Shown here: piece by piece, positions 58,208 to 64,000 of the stretch
Position numbering within the stretch: position 1 is the stretch's first letter
Layout: the number at the start of each line of letters is the position of its first letter
Source: Longimicrobiales bacterium
Lineage (GTDB): Bacteria; Gemmatimonadota; Gemmatimonadetes; Longimicrobiales; Gaopeijiaceae
Length of the DNA stretch: 64,000 bases
Assembly (NCBI GenBank): GCA_965218295.1
Contig: CBDCKN010000015.1
Location: 256,001 to 320,000, forward strand
Reading direction: 5' to 3'
The notes under the pieces: model-generated
The model's input: the letters and a program-made list of their open reading frames with translations, nothing else
The model's database searches: none
Told to the model about the DNA's origin: nothing
Position numbers and translations under genes: made by a program

Positions 58208-58241
58208 CGGGCCCGTCGGCCGACGCTGACCGACGGACCCG
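58208..58241 (-). other. Intra-operon 12-bp RNA hairpin
   Basis: CGGGUCCGUCGG/CCGACGGGCCCG; the single irregular pair is G-U only on the minus strand; no U-tract. Confidence 0.5.
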
Positions 58242-58248
58242 GCACGTT

Positions 58249-59103
58249 CTAGTCTCTGTCGACGGCCATGCCGTGGTCGTGGAGATCGACAGCCTCACCC
58301 AACGGCACCACGGCGCTGGCCATGGAAGCGCTGAATGTGAACGTGATCTCCGCCGTTTCGCCAGTAGCCACGGTGACGTTCTGCGTCTGGGTGCCGTAGC
58401 GCTCGTGCCACGCCTCGATGACATAGTCACCCGGGGGCAGCGTGGACAGGTCGAAGCTTCCGTCGGAGCCGGACACCGAGTGGTACGGGTGTTCGAGAAC
58501 GCCGATGTATGCGTTCATCCACCCGTGCACGTCACAGCGCACCGGCACCATGACCTCCGCCGTGCGGAAACTGCGGGTGCTCTCCATGTTCATGGGTTGG
58601 CTCGTGTTGAAGCCCCGCTGCTCGGTCGGCGACGCGTTGATGTTGTGCAGAAGACCGTCGCTGTTGCGGATGGTGATGTCCTGGCCCGTCATGACCCCCA
58701 GAACGTGCGGGATGTACGTGCATCCGTCCTGGTCCAGGAGCGCCGGGCCGGGCGTCGGGAACTGGAGGCCCTCCAGCCCCTCCTTCACGTAGACGAACAC
58801 ATTGGCGAGAGAGCCGTCGTCCACCACGACCTCTTCGGCCATGGGCGCGGAGGCATGCTTGTCCGCGCACACCTGCTCGTCGCTCATGTCGATGGCGTCC
58901 ATAGCGGGAGCGTCACCCTCGAAGACGACGGTCCCGGCGATGTTGCCCGCGGTGGCCGCATCGACCGGGTTCTCCATCCCCATGGATCCGCTACCGGAGT
59001 CACCGGAGCCGCTCCCACCGCCGTCACCCCCACCACAACCCGCCGCCAAGAGTGTCACAAGCGCGGGGGTCATCACCCAGCGCAGTGCAGTTCGATCCGA
59101 CAT
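58249..59103 (-). CDS. Cupredoxin-like lipoprotein with carboxypeptidase-regulatory-like domain
   Basis: Lipobox LAAGC; LDQ.GC.Y.PHV, LHNI and CDVHGWM type-1 copper ligand set. Confidence 0.8.
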   Translation of the reverse strand: MSDRTALRWVMTPALVTLLAAGCGGGDGGGSGSGDSGSGSMGMENPVDAATAGNIAGTVVFEGDAPAMDAIDMSDEQVCADKHASAPMAEEVVVDDGSLANVFVYVKEGLEGLQFPTPGPALLDQDGCTYIPHVLGVMTGQDITIRNSDGLLHNINASPTEQRGFNTSQPMNMESTRSFRTAEVMVPVRCDVHGWMNAYIGVLEHPYHSVSGSDGSFDLSTLPPGDYVIEAWHERYGTQTQNVTVATGETAEITFTFSASMASAVVPLGEAVDLHDHGMAVDRD

Positions 59104-59127
59104 ACATCCTCCGATACTGTGAATGGT

Positions 59128-60858
59128 TCAGCCTTGTTTTGATTCGGTCTCTTCCACGATCTCGCCTTCACGCTCTCGCTTCTGCGCCCTACCGACCACG
59201 AGAATCCCCAGCCCCGCCGTAAGCATCATAGCCACTACGGGAGCGACGAACACCGTGTTGGGAGTGGGCTCCTGGAGGAACAAGAAGTACCACGAGCTCA
59301 CGGAGCTACGCGTGCCCGATTCTCCGTTGTCCCCGTCCCAGGCGAAGAACGCCACCGGAATGGCCTGGCCGGTGATGAAGTCCAGATCGCCCTCGTCCTC
59401 GGTGAGCAGGGTGCGAGTGAACATAACCTGCCACTGCCCATCCTCGTGGGAGGCGCTCACCGCGAGATCCTGTCCGTCCGACGGGTAGCTCTCCGTGCCG
59501 ATCCCCCGGGCCTCGCCCTCGAGGGCCGTGCTTCGGTCGCTCTGCCACTGCCAGAGGTAGACCGGTCGACGGTTGTCGCCCCGCATGAAGTAGGGGCGCT
59601 CCATCCCCTGCGGCATCTGCATGGGGAACTGGAGAAGGAGCTGGTCCGGTGTGGGTCCCGACTCGGGTGGGTCTCCCTCTTTGGGGCCCATGAACGAGAT
59701 GACCTGCGACTTCCAGTCGGCCCAGTCGGGATCGGGGCTCAGGCTGGGGTCGCTCCAGCGGACCCGCACGGCGACTTCTTGGCCGTCGTGGAGGGCCTGG
59801 ACCCACACGCCGTCCGCACGAGGATCGAACCAGCGAGGCTTCACGATGATCTGTCCCGCCAGCGGGATATAGGCCGGCTCGGTGGTGTCCCACAGGGCGT
59901 CGTCAACGGACGTGGGAAGCGGCACGTCCTCGAGGAGTGCGGCCCGCACGACCTCGTTGATGCCGGGCTCTTCCTCGGGGGAGAAGCTCCGGACGTAATG
60001 CGCCAGCGCCCAGAGCTGGTCGTCGGTCATGACCTGGGCGTCGATCAGGTCCGAGAAGTTGGGCATGGGGGTCCCGTCCAGGCCCGTTCGAAGGCGGCGA
60101 TAGATGTCCTCCACCGTGCCACCACCGTTGAACAGCCAGTTCTCCGTGAGATCGGTCGCTCGGATCGGGAAGTCGCTGTCGTCGCCAAGGGTGGGCGAGG
60201 ACTGCCCCTCCCCACGACCTTGGTCGCCATGACACTTCCAGCACTCGATGGCTTCGTATTGGGCCTTGCCCTCGGCGAGTACTTCGTCCGACACCCGGGT
60301 GGGGCGGCCGAAGTCGAGGGGCTCGGGGACTTCGTCGGGCGAGAAGAAACGCGAGAAGCCCTTGAGGTATTGAACCAGGGCATCGCGCTCCTGCCGCGAC
60401 AGCAGATCCTCCCAACCCGGCATAGTCGTACCGGGCATCCCGAGGTCGATGACATTGAGCATGTCCTCGTCCGTCGGGAGCTCCCCGCTGGCCGTCGACC
60501 GGATCTGGTAGAGGGCCTGAGTGAAGTCGCGCGGGCGAGGGAGCATCATCTCGGCGCCCGGGCCCGTTCCTGTCCCGTCGACCCCGTGGCACCCCGCACA
60601 CCATCTTTCGTAGGTGGCCTTCCCGAGATCGTCACCCTCCTGGCCTGCTAGCCCCGCTGCCCCCAGCCCGCCCACCCCCAGCCCGCCCACCAGGAAGAGC
60701 ACAGATGCTGCAACCGCCAGTCCGGAGGCGAGGCCAGTGCGAGGATCCCTTGGCCCACACGTTCGGGGGCCCGCCTCCGTGTTCTCTCCCACACCTCGCC
60801 GAGGGCCCGCCGCGAGATTCCCCTCGAAGCGACGTTCAATCGCAGATTTGCGCATCAC
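59128..60858 (-). CDS. Diheme cytochrome c fused to an EbdC-like (DMSO-reductase type II heme b/DOMON) domain, C-terminally anchored
   Basis: CAGCH, CWKCH, PRPRDF, GMPGT.MP, GTPMP; PYFM.G..PV.LW.W and AWDG motifs; C-terminal TM. Confidence 0.82.
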   Translation of the reverse strand: MMRKSAIERRFEGNLAAGPRRGVGENTEAGPRTCGPRDPRTGLASGLAVAASVLFLVGGLGVGGLGAAGLAGQEGDDLGKATYERWCAGCHGVDGTGTGPGAEMMLPRPRDFTQALYQIRSTASGELPTDEDMLNVIDLGMPGTTMPGWEDLLSRQERDALVQYLKGFSRFFSPDEVPEPLDFGRPTRVSDEVLAEGKAQYEAIECWKCHGDQGRGEGQSSPTLGDDSDFPIRATDLTENWLFNGGGTVEDIYRRLRTGLDGTPMPNFSDLIDAQVMTDDQLWALAHYVRSFSPEEEPGINEVVRAALLEDVPLPTSVDDALWDTTEPAYIPLAGQIIVKPRWFDPRADGVWVQALHDGQEVAVRVRWSDPSLSPDPDWADWKSQVISFMGPKEGDPPESGPTPDQLLLQFPMQMPQGMERPYFMRGDNRRPVYLWQWQSDRSTALEGEARGIGTESYPSDGQDLAVSASHEDGQWQVMFTRTLLTEDEGDLDFITGQAIPVAFFAWDGDNGESGTRSSVSSWYFLFLQEPTPNTVFVAPVVAMMLTAGLGILVVGRAQKREREGEIVEETESKQG

Positions 60859-61652
60859 GGCTCACCCCCTTCCTCGGCTTCCTCCCAAGTGCGGGGCTCG
60901 TGCCCCGATTGTTCGTAAAGGAAGATGATCACGGACCAGATCTCGTCCGCCGTGAGGAAGTCCTCCCAGGCCGGCATGGCCGAGTTCCAGGGCGCGCCCT
61001 CGTTGGGAAGCCCCGGGCCGCCCTTGGCGATCCGCCAGAACACGAAGCTCTCGGTGAGCTGCGCGATAGTGCCCACGTCCTCGAAGCTCGCCGGAGTCGG
61101 GTTGAACACTGCTGCGTAGTGCCCCTGCCCGCTGAGCCCGTCGCCGTGACAGGCGAGACAATTCTGGTAGTAGACCCGCTTGCCCTCTTCGTAGTGATCC
61201 TCCAGAGACCCGGTTGTCCTCAGAGGGTTCTCGAGCCCGGAGAGCTGCATGGTCTCGCCCTGAAAGTCGATCTGGCCGGGAGGCGCCGGATGAATGGACC
61301 TGAGGCTCAGAGGCGCGGCTACCGAGGGCCGCACCTGGTTGAACGTGCCGAAGGCTACCAGGACCGGAATGGCCACCATGAAGACGCCGCGCACCGTCTT
61401 GCGCTCCGGATCCACCATCGTCCTGTGGAACGGCGCCTTGAACTCCGTCCAACGCTCCTCGTTGTCGCTCACCCAGAGCAGAACCCCCACCGCGGCTGTC
61501 AGCATGAACTGAAAAAGGACGGAGTTCGGGACCGGAGCGCTGGCGATCCCAACCAGAGGGGGGAGGTATACGATGCCGTAGTCCAGCAACACGTACGACA
61601 GCACCAGAACCGTTACCGCCTGACCGAACGGATGCTTGAAGTGCTTGCCCAT
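60855..61652 (-). CDS. Membrane-anchored monoheme cytochrome c
   Basis: N-terminal TM helices, CLACHG, FWRIAKGG.GLP..W.SAMPAW. Confidence 0.88.
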   Translation of the reverse strand: MGKHFKHPFGQAVTVLVLSYVLLDYGIVYLPPLVGIASAPVPNSVLFQFMLTAAVGVLLWVSDNEERWTEFKAPFHRTMVDPERKTVRGVFMVAIPVLVAFGTFNQVRPSVAAPLSLRSIHPAPPGQIDFQGETMQLSGLENPLRTTGSLEDHYEEGKRVYYQNCLACHGDGLSGQGHYAAVFNPTPASFEDVGTIAQLTESFVFWRIAKGGPGLPNEGAPWNSAMPAWEDFLTADEIWSVIIFLYEQSGHEPRTWEEAEEGGEP

Positions 61653-61669
61653 TCGTGTTCCGCCTCCCC

Positions 61670-62467
61670 CTACTGTTGGCTGGCCAGGAACTGAACCACG
61701 GCTTCCAGCTGGGCGGCCGTCAGCTGTGCTCCGAAAATCTGGGGCATGACGCCCAAGAACACCTCGTACCCCTCTGACGCGCCGGCCGACGGATCCAGGA
61801 TCGACTGCCGAATGTAGTCTGCGTCCACACGTCCGCCGATCCCGTCGAAGGCCGGTCCCATGGGGACGCCCTCACCGTTGAGCTGGTGGCATACCAGGCA
61901 GGTGTTGGCACGCAGGATCTCGAGCGGGTCCAGAGACGCGGTCGCCGGAGCCGCCGTGGCCGGCGCTGCCGCAGCGGTGGACTCGGACCCTCCCCCCTCG
62001 TCGGCCACGTCGGCGCCCGTGACCGTCACCTCGCCACCCTGGGCCTGGAGGAAGGCCACCACGGACCAGATCTGCGCATTGGACAGCGATCGCCGCATGT
62101 CCGGCATGATCGGGTTAAAGCCCTTCACGAGGTAGTCGCTGGGATCGGTCATGGCCGCGTACAGGTAGGCCTTGCAGTCCTGGCCGCTCACCCGGTTGCC
62201 GCAACGGACGCCGATGGTGCCAACGCCGCCCTGGTCCGTGAGGAGATTCGGGGCGCGAGTCCCGAGTCCGTGACATGCCACACAGCCGCCCGCACCGTTG
62301 TACAAGAGCTCTCCCGACGATACCAGCTCGGCCTCGGTGACGTTGGCTCCGAAGGTCAGCTCCTGGGGCACCTCGGACTGGACCTGGGGGATGGAATTCG
62401 CAACGAGGGTGAAGACGGCCAGCGTCCCGATGACGACTGACAGGATCCTCAGATTCTCTGCAAGCAT
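61670..62467 (-). CDS. Membrane-anchored diheme cytochrome c
   Basis: CVACH and CLVCH, each with a downstream MP ligand. Confidence 0.9.
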   Translation of the reverse strand: MLAENLRILSVVIGTLAVFTLVANSIPQVQSEVPQELTFGANVTEAELVSSGELLYNGAGGCVACHGLGTRAPNLLTDQGGVGTIGVRCGNRVSGQDCKAYLYAAMTDPSDYLVKGFNPIMPDMRRSLSNAQIWSVVAFLQAQGGEVTVTGADVADEGGGSESTAAAAPATAAPATASLDPLEILRANTCLVCHQLNGEGVPMGPAFDGIGGRVDADYIRQSILDPSAGASEGYEVFLGVMPQIFGAQLTAAQLEAVVQFLASQQ

Positions 62468-62528
62468 CGCGTGTCTCAGTCTGCTGGGTCAGAAGTCGGG
62501 CGCAAGCCGCGAGTATCGATTCTGCGCA

Positions 62529-64000
62529 TCAGTCGCCCGCCACCGGAGCCAGCTCCGGTCCCGACTGCGCCCCGGCCCCCACACTCGAGACCACCGGTTT
62601 CTCGGCCAGCCCGCCGAGCCAGAAGATGAAGGCCACCAGTGTCAGGAAGATCAGCACACACGCCGAGATGACTATAGAGGCATACCCCAACGCAGGCGTA
62701 GCCGCCCACTCGCTGGTGTCGCGCATCACCTCCCACACGTGCCAGTGCTGGCGAATTCCGCTGCGAGCGAAGCCCATGAGACCCATCAGCCACGTGAAGG
62801 TGACGGCGAGGACAAAGAGGGCGTACTGCGACCGGGGGGGCATCTGGCCCCACCGGATAGCTCCCCGGGACTCGGCGCCCCGGCTCAGGAAGAGGTCGAT
62901 GCCGACCACGGCCGCAATGGTGAACAGGACTGCAAGCACCTGATAGACCGAGAATCCGATCCTGACGATGGCGCTGACGAAGTATCCATAGATCCCGTAG
63001 AAGATCACGATCCCGGCCGAGATCACGAACAGCGCGCCCTGCACCACGGTCCCTGTTCGCGCCCAGCTGACCGTCGGGCGCATGTTCGCCCGCCGGTAGA
63101 GAAGGAACGAAAGGAACGTCGTCAGGATCATGATATTCACCGCCGTATTCTTGGCGCTCATGACGCCCAGGACACCCAAGAAAGGGTGGTGAGTCCCGCC
63201 CATGGCCGCGATCTCTTCTCGGTTGGCGATCATCGTGTGCGGCGTCGCCCACACGATCACGCCCACGACCAGCACGAACAGCATGTACTTCGTGTAGGGG
63301 GTGAAGCGCTCGGCTCCGGGAATGCGCCCCATGCCCACCCACAGGTAGTAGTTGCCAGTCAGGAAAAGCACGCCGATGAGGAAGGCCTGGATTATCCAGA
63401 GCCAGCTCATGAAGCCACCCATCATGGTGATGCCCATCTGCTGGTTGAACTCGTAGACCTCACGGCCGAGGTAGTAGCCGGCGAAGGGCAGGACGATGAG
63501 TGCCCCGATGGCGATGAGGTTGCCCACGTACCCCATCCAGTCGTAGTGGGCCCGCTCCTCATCCGTCTTGGCCATGAGGAAGCGGTAAGCGGCGTACGCC
63601 CCCACGATGGCGCCACCGAAGACAACGTTGGCGATGAAGCGGTGGATGTTGATGGGAATCCAGGTCGCGTTCGCGAAGGCGCTCCAGAACTGGACCATGG
63701 CCGGCGCCGTGTCGGGCCCGACGTCGGCGGGCGGACTCATCATGTATGTGAGCCAGGAGTTGGCGATGAACATGACCATGGTGCCCCAGACGTTGAGCAT
63801 GATGCCCAGCGACCAGTGGACCAGCTTGGCACGCCCCTTCTTCCAGCGATCCCAGCCGTAGTAGTAGAGGTAGAGCGTGAACGATTCGAAGAAGAACAGG
63901 CCCACGTACACCCACATGGAGGCCTCGAAGATCTCCGCCAAGTAGAGCCAGAGCTTGGGATAAAGCGTGATGAGCAGGAAGAGCAGGATCGCTCCCCAGA
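62529..64000 (-). CDS. Cytochrome bd-like (CydA-homologous) subunit, 5' part outside the window
   Basis: FFFES..LYYYGWDR, ANSW..YMMSP, NIHR, RQHW align with CydA motifs; frame stays open to 64000. Confidence 0.8.
   Translation of the reverse strand, partial: WGAILLFLLITLYPKLWLYLAEIFEASMWVYVGLFFFESFTLYLYYYGWDRWKKGRAKLVHWSLGIMLNVWGTMVMFIANSWLTYMMSPPADVGPDTAPAMVQFWSAFANATWIPINIHRFIANVVFGGAIVGAYAAYRFLMAKTDEERAHYDWMGYVGNLIAIGALIVLPFAGYYLGREVYEFNQQMGITMMGGFMSWLWIIQAFLIGVLFLTGNYYLWVGMGRIPGAERFTPYTKYMLFVLVVGVIVWATPHTMIANREEIAAMGGTHHPFLGVLGVMSAKNTAVNIMILTTFLSFLLYRRANMRPTVSWARTGTVVQGALFVISAGIVIFYGIYGYFVSAIVRIGFSVYQVLAVLFTIAAVVGIDLFLSRGAESRGAIRWGQMPPRSQYALFVLAVTFTWLMGLMGFARSGIRQHWHVWEVMRDTSEWAATPALGYASIVISACVLIFLTLVAFIFWLGGLAEKPVVSSVGAGAQSGPELAPVAGD

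Noticed and set aside
59128..64000. Evidence for nitrite or manganese oxidation
   Set aside because: Only accessory-type proteins resemble those of Nitrospira-type clusters; no nxrAB or other catalytic module is in the window

Overview
High-GC bacterial chromosome segment. Gene repertoire and order suggest Gemmatimonadota, which is an inference and not a database result. The left part (1-34.7 kb) is mostly housekeeping and catabolic: M14/M42/M20 peptidases, lipA-pdhABC...lpdA, lemA/DUF2207, ispH, glcDEF, a GNAT plus NSAR/OSBS pair, an orphan PilB/GspE-type ATPase and a class V aminotransferase. From about 34.7 to 44.5 kb lies a decaying accessory island: orphan NRPS accessory genes (MbtH, Sfp-type PPTase, type II thioesterase), a 3' half tRNA-Pro(TGG) att-like scar, and several broken glycan/sulfotransferase genes including gmd. 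The right part has a caa3-type oxidase operon, a SAM-I riboswitch-controlled metX-metB cassette and ctaG. On the minus strand is a long operon, running off the window edge, that joins a cytochrome bd-like (CydA-homologous, quinol-site-less) subunit, three c-type cytochromes (one fused to an EbdC-like domain), a cupredoxin lipoprotein, a second A1 heme-copper oxidase and an internally duplicated His-bearing membrane protein. This operon is the best candidate for an undescribed respiratory system. The window also shows many deletion/frameshift scars and several tiny start/stop-overlap ORFs, including a triple ATGA relay between cox subunits III and IV.
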